Assembly (NCBI GenBank): GCA_034439615.1
Contig: JAWXAT010000031.1
Coordinates: 67,093 to 131,092, forward strand
Origin: Oligoflexia bacterium
GTDB taxonomy: Bacteria; Bdellovibrionota; Bdellovibrionia; JABDDW01
DNA length: 64,000 bases
Reading direction: 5' to 3'
Shown here piece by piece: positions 28,306 through 41,120 of the stretch; positions within the stretch are counted from its first letter, which is position 1; each line of letters opens with the position of its first letter. The translations under genes and the position numbers were made by a program. The notes beneath the pieces were generated by a model. The model was not told the DNA's origin. It ran no database searches and saw only the letters and a program-made list of their open reading frames with translations.

Positions 28306-29124
28306 TTACTCTCGCTTTCGAGCTTTACGCCTTAAGATGCTTTTTATTTTTAACTCAATAACATCAGGGTGTGGATATGTATTTTTGATTTCTTCAAGCT
28401 CTTGAACCGCATTATCCCAATCTTTTTTATCTTCATAGGCCAATGATTTATTTAATTTCACTCTAAAAAGCTCTTCATTGGAGGCAAATTGTTTTTCGAT
28501 TTGGTCATATATGGCCACGGCGTCATCTATCTTTTTTAAAGCTAAATAGGAATCTGCCTTGAGCATCATCATTTCAAAGACTTTTGGATCCTGGGGATTG
28601 TTGTTTAAAAACTCATTCACCTCTGAAATGGCTTGATCAAAATTTGCGAGATAATAATACGAGCGGCCCAATCTTAATCGATAATCAGCGGCCTCTTCTT
28701 TAGAGGGAGCCGCCTGAAGAAGTCTTTGATATTCAATAATGGCTTGGGTGTAATTGTTTATCTTTTCATAAAATACTTCGGCCAATTTTTGTTGTGCCCA
28801 TTTAATTTCTGTACTTTTTTGACTATGTAAAACCAAATGCCTGAAAAAAAACACAGCCTTTTCATAGTTTTTTAAATCATAGAGACAAACACCGGCACCA
28901 AGGCGAGCTGCTTCAATGCCCGTGGGTGAATCAGGAGCATACTTAACGGCGCGCTCGTACTCTTCAGCGGCTTCTTGCCAATGCCTGTTTTTTTGAAAGT
29001 TTTTTGCAGAAGAAAGAAGGCGTTTTTCTAAAGAAATTTTTGGTAAAAAAAGAACAACTGCAAGGGCGATGATAACTCCAAGTCCCGCAATCAATGCCCT
29101 GTGTTTTTTTACTTTTGCTAACAT
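28306..29124 (-). CDS. Membrane-anchored TPR-repeat protein
   Basis: 272 aa; N-terminal TM; repeated TPR-like helices (AxxxYxxA patterns). Confidence 0.6.
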   Translation of the reverse strand: MLAKVKKHRALIAGLGVIIALAVVLFLPKISLEKRLLSSAKNFQKNRHWQEAAEEYERAVKYAPDSPTGIEAARLGAGVCLYDLKNYEKAVFFFRHLVLHSQKSTEIKWAQQKLAEVFYEKINNYTQAIIEYQRLLQAAPSKEEAADYRLRLGRSYYYLANFDQAISEVNEFLNNNPQDPKVFEMMMLKADSYLALKKIDDAVAIYDQIEKQFASNEELFRVKLNKSLAYEDKKDWDNAVQELEEIKNTYPHPDVIELKIKSILRRKARKRE

Positions 29125-29129
29125 TTATA

Positions 29130-31604
29130 TCAGGCGTGTCCCGCCGTAGTTTCATCTTCTTCTTCTTGATCTTCGATAACCGGAGCAAGACTTACCACTT
29201 TTTCGCTCACATCAACTTTTAGAAGTCTCACACCCTGTGTATTACGACCAATAACAGAAATGTTTCTACATGGCATACGAATGACCTGACCACCGTCAGT
29301 GATCAGCATTAAATCATCTTCGTCTTTGACCATTCTGGTTCCAATCACGACTCCCACTTTATCAGTAGTTTTTTGAGTGATGATTCCAACGCCACCGCGA
29401 CTTTGTGTGCGGTACTCATCAATTGTAGTTCGCTTGCCGTAACCGTTTGAAGTAACAGCGAGTACAGTACCTTTGTTGTCTTTATTAAAAATTTCCATAC
29501 CGACAACACTGTCGTCTTTACCTACATTAATGCCTTTTACGCCCCGTGCAGCGCGCCCCATGGCTCTAACTTCTGTTTCATCAAAGCGAATCGACATACC
29601 CTCAGACGTTGAGAGAAATATATCTGATTTTCCATCAGACAATTTAGCGTCAATAAGTTCGTCATCAAGATCAGTAGTGACAGCGATAATTCCGTTGTTG
29701 CGAATATTTGCAAATTGTTCAAGCTCGGTTTTTTTGATGATCCCTTTTTTCGTGACCATAACAACGTTTCCACCCTCAGCAAGATTTCTGATTGGTAAAA
29801 TGGCTTTAATTTTTTCGTTGTTACCAAGATTTAAAACGTTGGCAATGGCTTTTCCTTTTGCAGCTCGAGAAGCTAGGGGAAGCGCATGAACTTTCACGCT
29901 ATAAACCTTGCCTTTATCGGTGAAGCACAAAAGAAGACTGTGTGTACTTGTAACAAAAAGGCTTGTAACAAAATCTTCTTCTCTTGTTTCCATTCCCTTT
30001 GTACCTTTACCACCGCGTTTTTGACTACGATAAAGATCAATGGGGTTTCTCTTGATGTATCCTGTGTGAGTGATCGTAACGACCATCTCTTGATCTTCAA
30101 TGAGATCCTCGTCTTCAAGCTCTTCAGCTTCAGCAATAATTTTTGTGCGTCTTTTATCGCCAAATCTGTTTTTGATATCAACAAGTTCATCACGAACGAT
30201 TCCGAAAATAAGTTTTTCATCGCCCAAGATTTCTTTGATCTTTTTAATGAATTCTAAAACCTCTTTATATTCAGCGATGATCTTATCTCTCTCGAGACCC
30301 GTGAGGCGTTGTAATCTCATTTCTAAAATAGCATTGGCTTGTACTTCTGAAAATTTAAAACCCGCTTTTAAGGCAATGCGTGCTTCTTCAGCATTTTTTG
30401 ATTTTTTAATTGCGGCAATGACTTCATCAATACTTTCGAGTGCTAGTTTTAACCCCTCTAAAATATGAGCGCGCTCTTGGGCTTTTTTAAGTTCAAAAAT
30501 ACTTCGTCGAACCACAACCTCACGGCGATGAGCAACAAAAGCTTTGAGCATTCCTTTGAGATCAAAAATTTTAGGTTGGCCATTATCAAGTGCCAACATG
30601 ATAATTCCAAATGTTGTTTGAAGTTGGGTATGTTTAAACAGACGATTTAATACAACGTTTGCAGCATCACCTTTTTTAATCTCGATGACCATGCGCATAC
30701 CTTCGCGTGAACTTTCATCGCGAATATCTGAAATACCTTCGATTTTTTTATCTCGCACTTGATTGGCGATATCTTCAATAAGTTTTGCTTTATTAACCAT
30801 GTAAGGAAGTTCTGTTACAATAATTTGTTCTCGATCGCCCTTACGCTCTTCTATTTCAGCAGCTGCGCGCATGCTGATAATACCTTTGCCTGTTGTGTAG
30901 GCTTGGCGGATGCCCTTTTTTCCTGTGATGTAACCTGATGTTGGAAAATCTGGGCCAGGAATAATTTTAAGCAAATTTTCAATTGGTAAATTTGGCTCTT
31001 CAATTAAAGCTAAACAGCCGTCAATAACCTCAGTCAAATTATGTGGAGGAATATTGGTCGCCATACCAACAGCAATACCAGAGCTACCATTTACAAGAAG
31101 TGTTGGGACTTTAGCTGGCAAAACAAATGGAACTTCTAATGTGTCGTCATAGTTGGGGCCAAAATCTACAGTCTCTTTATCGATATCAGATAAAATTTCT
31201 TCGGCAAACTTGGTCATGCGAATTTCTGTGTACCGCATAGCTGCTGCAGAATCGCCGTCGATAGAGCCGAAGTTACCTTGGCCGTCAACGAGGGGGTAAC
31301 GCATTGAAAAATCTTGCGCCATACGAACAATTGTATCGTAAATTGCGGAGTCACCATGGGGATGATATTTACCCATTACCTCGCCCACGATACGGGCAGA
31401 TTTTTTAAAAGGTTTGTTATGAAGATTTCCGTGTTCCCACATTCCAAATAAAACACGTCTGTGAACGGGCTTTAGACCATCGCGCACATCTGGTAGTGCT
31501 CGGCCTACGATAACGCTCATCGAATACTGAAGATATGCACTGCGCATTTCTGTTTCGATATTTATTGGAACTACATTTGTCCTTACGGGAGTTTTATCGT
31601 CCAT
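29130..31604 (-). CDS. gyrA: DNA gyrase subunit A
   Basis: 824 aa; active-site [21 protein letters not shown]. Confidence 0.97.
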   Translation of the reverse strand: MDDKTPVRTNVVPINIETEMRSAYLQYSMSVIVGRALPDVRDGLKPVHRRVLFGMWEHGNLHNKPFKKSARIVGEVMGKYHPHGDSAIYDTIVRMAQDFSMRYPLVDGQGNFGSIDGDSAAAMRYTEIRMTKFAEEILSDIDKETVDFGPNYDDTLEVPFVLPAKVPTLLVNGSSGIAVGMATNIPPHNLTEVIDGCLALIEEPNLPIENLLKIIPGPDFPTSGYITGKKGIRQAYTTGKGIISMRAAAEIEERKGDREQIIVTELPYMVNKAKLIEDIANQVRDKKIEGISDIRDESSREGMRMVIEIKKGDAANVVLNRLFKHTQLQTTFGIIMLALDNGQPKIFDLKGMLKAFVAHRREVVVRRSIFELKKAQERAHILEGLKLALESIDEVIAAIKKSKNAEEARIALKAGFKFSEVQANAILEMRLQRLTGLERDKIIAEYKEVLEFIKKIKEILGDEKLIFGIVRDELVDIKNRFGDKRRTKIIAEAEELEDEDLIEDQEMVVTITHTGYIKRNPIDLYRSQKRGGKGTKGMETREEDFVTSLFVTSTHSLLLCFTDKGKVYSVKVHALPLASRAAKGKAIANVLNLGNNEKIKAILPIRNLAEGGNVVMVTKKGIIKKTELEQFANIRNNGIIAVTTDLDDELIDAKLSDGKSDIFLSTSEGMSIRFDETEVRAMGRAARGVKGINVGKDDSVVGMEIFNKDNKGTVLAVTSNGYGKRTTIDEYRTQSRGGVGIITQKTTDKVGVVIGTRMVKDEDDLMLITDGGQVIRMPCRNISVIGRNTQGVRLLKVDVSEKVVSLAPVIEDQEEEDETTAGHA

Positions 31605-31624
31605 CGCGTCCTCTTAAAAACCGA

Positions 31625-34066
<2,442 letters not shown>

Positions 34067-34091
34067 TTAGGTCTATCAGTTTCAGGCCATG

Positions 34092-35216
34092 TTAGGTTTT
34101 TAACCGACCCGCCTCTACGTGAAATACTGAACACCCCTGTAGCACCTGTGTATGATCTGTTGTCGTTAAAAAAGTCTGCGCATTGTGAGCTCGTAAAAAA
34201 TCGACGAGAAAGCGCCTTTTTTTTTCATCAAACTCACTTAAAACATCGTCTAAAAGTAGTAGTGGATAAGACTCAAAAGCCTTCCCATGATACACGATCT
34301 CAGCTATTTTGAAAGACAAAATTAAGGCTCTTTGTTGACCTTGTGAACAGAAAATTCGAGAGTCATTCCCATTAAATAAGAAACTTAAATCATGGCGGTG
34401 GGGGCCCGTCAAAGTCACCCCCAAAGCCTCCTCACTTATACGCCGCGATGAATCTAAAATTTCATCTTTTAATCTTTGATGAATCGCTTCTAAATTTCGT
34501 TCTTTCCAGGGCTCATCATGGCTTTCATAGGCAAACTCTAAAGAACATTTTTCGCCCATAATCAGCGAAAGTGTTTCTTGCGCATGGGGTAAAATCGTAT
34601 CTAAAAATCTAAGTCTTAAAAAAGTGATTTCAGTAGCAGCCTGTAAAAACCCCGCATCAAGACTTTCTAAGATCCCACGGCCTTTATTAGGAACTATCAG
34701 ACCCATCTTAATTTGTTTCAGACAGGCATTTCTTTGGCGCAGTGCTTTTGAAAATCGGGTAAACGCTAACGGAGCCTCTGAAGATATTTGATAGACCGCT
34801 TGGTCAACCAGTTCTCTTCTTAAATCCGGTCCAAATTTTATAGCTCCCAAACTTTCTGGGCTAAAAACGACTGTTCTTACTTGTCCTACAAACTTACTCG
34901 GTGACACTTGTTTTTCATTTAACGTGAGTTGCCGGTGCCCCTTTGATAAGCGAACTTTTAAATTTTTTTGACTAGTTTTACCTGAAATAGAAGAAACATG
35001 GGCTTCAAGTTGAGCAGACTCATGGCCTCGTTGAATAAGATCAAGAGTTGTTGCCGTACGAAAACTTCTCAATGTGGATATGTGGAAAATTCCCTCAATT
35101 ATACTTGTCTTACCTTGAGCATTATCCCCAACAAAATAATTAAGAACAGGCCCAGGTGTAAAATCAATTTCAGTAATATTTCGGAATTGGCGAAAGCTAA
35201 GTCGATCTACGCGCAC
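34092..35216 (-). CDS. recF: DNA replication and repair protein RecF
   Basis: 374 aa; Walker A GDNAQGKTS; conserved dnaA-dnaN-recF-gyrB order. Confidence 0.9.
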   Translation of the reverse strand: MRVDRLSFRQFRNITEIDFTPGPVLNYFVGDNAQGKTSIIEGIFHISTLRSFRTATTLDLIQRGHESAQLEAHVSSISGKTSQKNLKVRLSKGHRQLTLNEKQVSPSKFVGQVRTVVFSPESLGAIKFGPDLRRELVDQAVYQISSEAPLAFTRFSKALRQRNACLKQIKMGLIVPNKGRGILESLDAGFLQAATEITFLRLRFLDTILPHAQETLSLIMGEKCSLEFAYESHDEPWKERNLEAIHQRLKDEILDSSRRISEEALGVTLTGPHRHDLSFLFNGNDSRIFCSQGQQRALILSFKIAEIVYHGKAFESYPLLLLDDVLSEFDEKKRRFLVDFLRAHNAQTFLTTTDHTQVLQGCSVFHVEAGRLKT

Positions 35217-35223
35217 TACTTAT

Positions 35224-36345
35224 TTAAATGCGCATCGGCATTACAACACAAGTATAGCTTGCATCGTTAGCCGGCCTCAAAATTCCAGGGGAGAGTTGAT
35301 CGTTAAGTTCAATATCAACTTCTTCGTCTTGAATATTATTTAAAATATCCATGAGATATTTTGCATTAAAACCAATTTTCATTGAATCGCCGTTATAACG
35401 AACATCAATCTCTTCTTTTGCATCACCAATTTCAGGATTGTTAGAATAAATTTCCATTACGTTTTTTGTAATTGAAAGTGTGATGCCTTTACTTTTTTGA
35501 TTTGAAAGTAAAGATACTCTACGCAAACTTGAAAGTAGTTCATTTCTTGAAACTGCAATTCGTTTAAGTAATCTAGCAGGAATTAATTGTTGATAATTAG
35601 GATATTTGCCATCGATTAATCGAATTAATAAAACTGTATTTTCTCTCTTAACTACAAGATGTGATCCTTCAAAGGCCATCTCTAATGTACCTTCTGCACC
35701 ATCAAGAAGTTTTCTCAATTCATGGAGACCTTTTTTGGGGATAATAACTCCCTCTGCAGCTTTATTTCCGGGAAGTGATACTTCTACTTTTTTATCAATC
35801 AAACTTAAACGATGTCCATCAGTGGCGACCATTCTAAAACTTGTTCCACTGTCGCTTGTTGTTCTTTCAAAATATACTCCATTAAGGTGATAACGAGTTT
35901 CGTCATTACTCACTGAGTAAATTGTCTTTTCAATCATATCGTGAAGGATTTGACCTTGAACACGTACGAAATCTTTTGTTTCGTATTGCGGGAATGCAGG
36001 AAATTCATCAGCTGCAGAACCAACAATATTAAAAACAGCTTTTTTATTTTTTAGCTCTACCCAGTTATTACTTTTCTTTAAAACCTGAACTGTATTGTCT
36101 GAAAGTTCTTTTACTAGATCAAAAAGATTTTTAGCACTTACCGCTACTTTACCTTCAACTTCAACATTTGCACTTACTTCATCTTTTATACTTACCTCAA
36201 GATCAGTTGCAAAAATTGAAACTTTACCTTTTTCTGCAACTAATAGTGCGTTTGACAAAATAGGCATCGTATTTCTTTTCTCGATGATATTTTGTGTCTT
36301 TTGAAGAAGATTAAGAAAATCACTTTTTTGAATCTCGAACTTCAT
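35224..36345 (-). CDS. dnaN: DNA polymerase III beta sliding clamp
   Basis: 373 aa; three-domain clamp; position after dnaA. Confidence 0.9.
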   Translation of the reverse strand: MKFEIQKSDFLNLLQKTQNIIEKRNTMPILSNALLVAEKGKVSIFATDLEVSIKDEVSANVEVEGKVAVSAKNLFDLVKELSDNTVQVLKKSNNWVELKNKKAVFNIVGSAADEFPAFPQYETKDFVRVQGQILHDMIEKTIYSVSNDETRYHLNGVYFERTTSDSGTSFRMVATDGHRLSLIDKKVEVSLPGNKAAEGVIIPKKGLHELRKLLDGAEGTLEMAFEGSHLVVKRENTVLLIRLIDGKYPNYQQLIPARLLKRIAVSRNELLSSLRRVSLLSNQKSKGITLSITKNVMEIYSNNPEIGDAKEEIDVRYNGDSMKIGFNAKYLMDILNNIQDEEVDIELNDQLSPGILRPANDASYTCVVMPMRI

Positions 36346-36561
36346 GCCTTTTTGGCCTCTCTTATATTACTATTAGATGTTAATAAAAAAACTAGTAGTA
36401 GTAGTAGTTGCTGTGGAAAACTCCAAATTCATTTAAACACTGAAAACTACATAAAAAAATCGCATAAGTAAAAACTAATATAACAATTTAAGAGCTCTAT
36501 TTTTGTGTAGAACTTTTCATAAAAGTTTTCCACAAAGCTTATTCACATGCTTATTCACAAC
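36346..36561. other. Candidate oriC: AT-rich dnaA-dnaN spacer with DnaA boxes and (TAG)5 microsatellite
   Basis: TTATTCACA at 36539-36547 and 36551-36559, TTTTCCACA 36526-36534, TGTGGAAAA 36412-36420, (tag)5 at about 36393-36407; gene orientation switches here. Confidence 0.6.
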
Positions 36562-37965
36562 TCACAAAAGGTTCCATTGTGAATTGTTTATAAGGGTTTC
36601 TAAGCGATTGACATTACTCTTGAAATCAAAATCATCTAGAAGCAAAGTTGAAACCTTCTCTTCGGCATGTAAAACGGTCGTATGATCTCGATTTCCAAAC
36701 GCTCGGCCGATCTCAGCATAACCAAGCCCTAAATGTTTACGCGCCAAGTACATAGCAATTTGGCGTGGACGAACAACTGTCTTCACCCGGGTTTCTGATT
36801 TTAGGTCACGCGCGGTCAGACTAAAATTCTCAGCCACAATGCGCTGAAGCTCATCGATTGTAAGCCCCTTTTTTTGCTGTTGAAGTGTAGCCGCAAAAAC
36901 CTCTTTAGCTAAATCTGCAGTAACCGCAACACCTCTAAGCTCTGAATACATACGAATGGTTGCAAGATTACCCTCAAGTTCACGAACACTCTTTTTTGAT
37001 ATTTGTGCGATAAGACCAATAACATCGTCTGGAATAAAAACCCCAGTCCTTTCAGCCTTATAACGAAGGATAGCCATTCTAGTTTCAATATCTGGTGGGT
37101 GGATATCCACAGTTAATCCCCACTCTAAACGAGTGCGAATACGGTCTTCTAAGCCATCCATTTCGCGTGGCAATTTATCACTTGCTACAACGACTTGTTT
37201 TCCAGCGTCGTGAAAAGCATTAAATGTATAAAAGAACTCTTCTTGTGTGGAGTTTGTGCGAGCAATGACGTGGATATCATCCACAATTAAAAAATCATAA
37301 CGTTCACGATAACGTTGTCTGAATTTATCCATCTGATTGTGGCGAATGCCTGTAACGACATCATTTAAAAAGCGCTCACCAGAAACATAACAAATTCTCA
37401 TGTGCGGATACTTTTCTCGAACAGCATTTCCCACGGCATTAAGAAGATGTGTTTTTCCTGTTCCTGATGGGCCGCATACAAAGAGTGGGTTTACGTTTTT
37501 TCCAGGTTTTTCAGAAATTGAATGACAAGCTGCGTGTGCAAATTGATTTCCTTGCCCAACGACAAATGTACTAAAGGTGTATTCAGGATTTAAAATATCT
37601 CGTCTTGGGATACCAGTTTCTTCTGGAGGCTTTGTTTTTTGAAGTTCTTGAAGAGAAACAACTTGTTGAGGGACTTCTTCGTCTTCAGTTTCTGGTTTTA
37701 AACAGACAACTAATTCAATACGAAAAGGCGGAGCCACTTGAGAAGACACCGCTTTTTCAAGATCGGGCATGAAATTGGCGTAAATCCAATCTTTATAGAT
37801 AGGGCCGGGCACGCCGATTTTAAGAGTTTTACCTACAGCAGTCTCGTCGATAGCTTCAAGTGATGTTGTTTCTAGCCACGTATTATATTGGCGCTCATTG
37901 GTATTACTTCTTAGAACGGAGTGAACCTTTTCCCATAGTTCGTTATGCGATATCATTATCGACAC
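36562..37965 (-). CDS. dnaA: Chromosomal replication initiator DnaA
   Basis: 467 aa; AAA+ Walker A GPSGTGKTHLL, C-terminal DNA-binding domain. Confidence 0.97.
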   Translation of the reverse strand: MSIMISHNELWEKVHSVLRSNTNERQYNTWLETTSLEAIDETAVGKTLKIGVPGPIYKDWIYANFMPDLEKAVSSQVAPPFRIELVVCLKPETEDEEVPQQVVSLQELQKTKPPEETGIPRRDILNPEYTFSTFVVGQGNQFAHAACHSISEKPGKNVNPLFVCGPSGTGKTHLLNAVGNAVREKYPHMRICYVSGERFLNDVVTGIRHNQMDKFRQRYRERYDFLIVDDIHVIARTNSTQEEFFYTFNAFHDAGKQVVVASDKLPREMDGLEDRIRTRLEWGLTVDIHPPDIETRMAILRYKAERTGVFIPDDVIGLIAQISKKSVRELEGNLATIRMYSELRGVAVTADLAKEVFAATLQQQKKGLTIDELQRIVAENFSLTARDLKSETRVKTVVRPRQIAMYLARKHLGLGYAEIGRAFGNRDHTTVLHAEEKVSTLLLDDFDFKSNVNRLETLINNSQWNLL

Positions 37966-37997
37966 ATCCCCTTAGTTGAGATGGTTCGTAACAGAAT

Positions 37998-38035
37998 TGT
38001 GGATAACTTTCAAGAAGCGTCTGGAATGTGGATAA
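37998..38035. promoter_or_regulatory. Two perfect DnaA boxes (TGTGGATAA = TTATCCACA on the other strand) upstream of dnaA
   Basis: 37998-38006 and 38027-38035, same orientation, 20 bp apart. Confidence 0.6.
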
Positions 38036-38172
38036 GCGGCTATAAGCTTTGAGAGGCTATGGTCACATCCTTGACAAACCCAAGGGAAACATGGTTTTAT
38101 CTGCATCCTTCGGTTCATTTTGTTTTTGAGACGTAAATAATATTGTCGTAATCGCAGTTAAGAGGATTTAGT

Positions 38173-38323
38173 CATGAAACGCACATTTCAACCAAGCAGA
38201 CGTAAACGTATAAGAACACATGGTTTTTTAGTAAGAATGGCCACTAAAAATGGTCGTGCTGTATTAAGCCGTCGTCGAGCAAAAGGGCGCAAACGTCTTG
38301 CCCCAACAATTAGCGCAAAATAA
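38173..38323 (+). CDS. rpmH: 50S ribosomal protein L34, reading frame disturbed by an extra A in a 5-A run near 38280-38284
   Basis: [36 protein letters not shown] then +1 frame gives canonical [13 protein letters not shown] (stop 38321-38323); in-frame reading gives atypical [10 protein letters not shown] (stop 38311-38313). Confidence 0.75.
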
Positions 38324-38681
38324 AGAAATTCCAAAACGACACCTTCGAAAAAGAGCCGACTACCTTAAAACGTACAAAGGCTTTAGCGTTCGAAGGCCAA
38401 TGCTGGCGCTCTATGCAAGATCCAACGGGTTAGCCAGTCATCGCTTCGGGTTCACTGTTCCAAAAGTTACTGGGACAGCGGTTATTCGAAATCAATTCAA
38501 GCGATGGAGTCGTGAATTTTACAGAAATACGGATCTTTCTGCGCTTAATGAATCCTTGGACCTCCATGTTTATGTCGGGAACAAGAGAATGAAAAAGGAA
38601 GTATATAAAAGTGTTCAGTTTAAAGAATTTCAAGCACAACTCAACCAAGCACTTCAATTTGTTATCAAAAATTTTAAGTAA
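38298..38681 (+). CDS. rnpA: Ribonuclease P protein component
   Basis: About 120 aa basic protein with RnpA-like core ([24 protein letters not shown]); possible TTG start overlapping rpmH. Confidence 0.8.
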   Translation: MPQQLAQNKEIPKRHLRKRADYLKTYKGFSVRRPMLALYARSNGLASHRFGFTVPKVTGTAVIRNQFKRWSREFYRNTDLSALNESLDLHVYVGNKRMKKEVYKSVQFKEFQAQLNQALQFVIKNFK

Positions 38682-38682
38682 T

Positions 38683-38928
38683 ATGGCCATCGTTTTAATC
38701 GACATTTATAGATACGTTTTTGCAGGTCTATTTGGTGGTCGATGTCGCTTCACACCCTCTTGTAGCTGTTACGCGCGTGATGCTTTTTCTGCGTTTGGTT
38801 TTTTAAGAGGCCTTTTTTTAACTACGAAACGGTTGAGTCGTTGCCACCCCTGGGGCGGATATGGTTATGAGCCCTTGGTGACGAATAAAGCTGGAGAAAG
38901 AGATCATGGAACAAAAATCACCCTTTGA
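38683..38928 (+). CDS. yidD: Membrane protein insertion efficiency factor YidD
   Basis: 81 aa from ATG 38683; conserved CRFTPSCSCYA motif. Confidence 0.8.
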   Translation: MAIVLIDIYRYVFAGLFGGRCRFTPSCSCYARDAFSAFGFLRGLFLTTKRLSRCHPWGGYGYEPLVTNKAGERDHGTKITL

Positions 38929-40558
38929 TGGAAAAACGATCATCATCATTATTCTCTGCATGGGCATTTGGTGGAGCTGGCAACAACACTTACAAAAAAA
39001 ATATCCACACATCATGGGCCCGCAAGCTACAAATCAAGCGGCTCCTCAACAGCCAGCAGCACCGCAAAATGCTGGCATAGCTCAAGCACCCGGAGCGCCA
39101 ACATCTCCAACGGCTGCAAACATTAGTATTCCTGTTTTTACTAAATCCACAGGAATTGAAAAAAAATGGACATACGAAAATGATTTTTGGCGCGTGGTTG
39201 TCTCAAGTTTTGGCGGGCGAGTATCTGAAGTTCAATTAAAAAAATATACTGATGGCGCAGGTAAAATGATCACTATCATTTCGCCTGAATTGCCCGGAGT
39301 TTTACTAACAAGTATTGATGGTGGTAATTCGATTCCTTCAAACCTTGAATATACAATTAATCCAATCTCTACAGAAAAAGTTGAATTGGTTGGTAAGACA
39401 CAAAATGCCGTAATTAAGAAAACCTTAACCATGAACCCAGATAAATATGTGGTTAAAGCACGCATTGAAGTGCAAGGTAAGCTTGATGGCGTTAAAAGGG
39501 TTAATGTTGATTTAGTTGATTCATCACCATTAGAGGCGTCACTTCCTAATAAAGCGATGTCGTTTTTGACTCCAGGTTCAGGAGCAGAGATTAGAGAATA
39601 TTTTATTAGTCACGGATCAAAACACGCACGTGATGTGGTATCTCCTGATGAAGCGCCTGAAAACAAATATGAACAAACACATTTTGCAGCATTAGGGACT
39701 CGCTATTTTACAGCTCTGTTATTTAATCGCGCTCCTGTTTTGCCCGAAGCTCAAGAGTTTAGAGCGCAAAATAATTCAGTGCTTCGTTTAAGTTATCCGG
39801 TTTTAGAACCCTCAAATACACTGACATATGATCTTGATCTATATGCTGGTCCAAAAGCATTAACTGAACTTGGTCAGGTTGATAAACAAGCTACAGAGCT
39901 TGTAGATTTTGGAATGTTCTCTTGGATTGCGATTCCACTTCTTCAATTAATGAGATGGTTTTATACTGTTTTTCAAAATTGGGGATTAGCAATCATTGCA
40001 CTAACAATACTTGTAAGGCTTGTTACATTTCCTTTCACTTACGTGTCTTACAAATCAATGCAATCAATGCAAAAGATTCAACCTGAAATCGCAAGGCTTA
40101 AAGAAGTACATAAAGACAACACACAGTTATTAAATCAAGAAATGCTTAAACTCATGCGAGAAAATAAAGTAAACCCCATGGGTGGTTGTATACCAATGCT
40201 TTTACAGCTTCCGATTTTTTGGGCACTTTATCAGGTTTTACAAAACTCAATTGAGCTTTATCATGCGCCCTTTTATGGATGGATCCATGATTTGAGCCAA
40301 AAAGATCCTTATTATGTATTGCCCGTGCTCATGGGTATTGTGATGTTCATTCAACAAAAAATGACTCCCAATACGATGGATCCCACACAAGCTAAGATAA
40401 TGCTCATTATGCCAGTGTTTTTTGCATTCATTATGTTGAGCGTTCCTAGCGGATTAACTTTGTATATTTTTATAAGTACACTTTTTGGAATTATCCAACA
40501 AATGTCAATGATGAGTGACCGTGCGGGAAACAATCAAGTGGTTGTACGGCGCGTATAA
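38906..40558 (+). CDS. yidC: Membrane protein insertase YidC
   Basis: 550 aa; periplasmic domain plus conserved C-terminal 5-TM core. Confidence 0.95.
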   Translation: MEQKSPFDGKTIIIIILCMGIWWSWQQHLQKKYPHIMGPQATNQAAPQQPAAPQNAGIAQAPGAPTSPTAANISIPVFTKSTGIEKKWTYENDFWRVVVSSFGGRVSEVQLKKYTDGAGKMITIISPELPGVLLTSIDGGNSIPSNLEYTINPISTEKVELVGKTQNAVIKKTLTMNPDKYVVKARIEVQGKLDGVKRVNVDLVDSSPLEASLPNKAMSFLTPGSGAEIREYFISHGSKHARDVVSPDEAPENKYEQTHFAALGTRYFTALLFNRAPVLPEAQEFRAQNNSVLRLSYPVLEPSNTLTYDLDLYAGPKALTELGQVDKQATELVDFGMFSWIAIPLLQLMRWFYTVFQNWGLAIIALTILVRLVTFPFTYVSYKSMQSMQKIQPEIARLKEVHKDNTQLLNQEMLKLMRENKVNPMGGCIPMLLQLPIFWALYQVLQNSIELYHAPFYGWIHDLSQKDPYYVLPVLMGIVMFIQQKMTPNTMDPTQAKIMLIMPVFFAFIMLSVPSGLTLYIFISTLFGIIQQMSMMSDRAGNNQVVVRRV

Positions 40559-40577
40559 ATTTAGAAAGGAAAGATTA

Positions 40578-41120
40578 ATGGCCAATTTTTTTACCAAATT
40601 ATTCGGAATAGGCAAGAGCGGCGGTTCACCTGAAGAGGCAATTCAAAAAACCTTAGACGGAGTTCTTGACCACGGCGGATTTAATCTTAGTTATGAAGTC
40701 GAGGAAACCGAAGAGGGTTTTCTTGTAAACTTCTCTGGCGATGATGCAAAACTACTTACTTCAAAAGATGGGTTGTTGCTTGATTCTTTTCAAGTCTTTA
40801 TCAAGAGAATGCTCCAACATCGTTTTGCTGATAAAAAAATTGATTTGCTCGTTGATAGCGAGGGTTTTATGGCAACCTCAGCATTAGAGTTAAAAGATTT
40901 AGCAGATAAACTTAAAGAAGTGGTTATTGATAAGGGTCAACCTTCATACGTTCGTGCACTTGCCCCTCGTGATAGAAAAATTGTACACAGGCATTTAGCT
41001 CTTGATGGCCGTGTAAAATCACAAAGTATTGGTGAAGGGTTTTGTAAGAAAATTAAAATCACCTTGGTACGAGCGGGAGCTAATCCAACCCAAAATAATA
41101 GAGCTCAATACGAGTTGTAA
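40578..41120 (+). CDS. jag: Jag/KhpB-like RNA-binding protein (KH + R3H)
   Basis: About 180 aa from ATG 40578 (RBS AAAGGA); conserved position after yidC. Confidence 0.8.
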   Translation: MANFFTKLFGIGKSGGSPEEAIQKTLDGVLDHGGFNLSYEVEETEEGFLVNFSGDDAKLLTSKDGLLLDSFQVFIKRMLQHRFADKKIDLLVDSEGFMATSALELKDLADKLKEVVIDKGQPSYVRALAPRDRKIVHRHLALDGRVKSQSIGEGFCKKIKITLVRAGANPTQNNRAQYEL

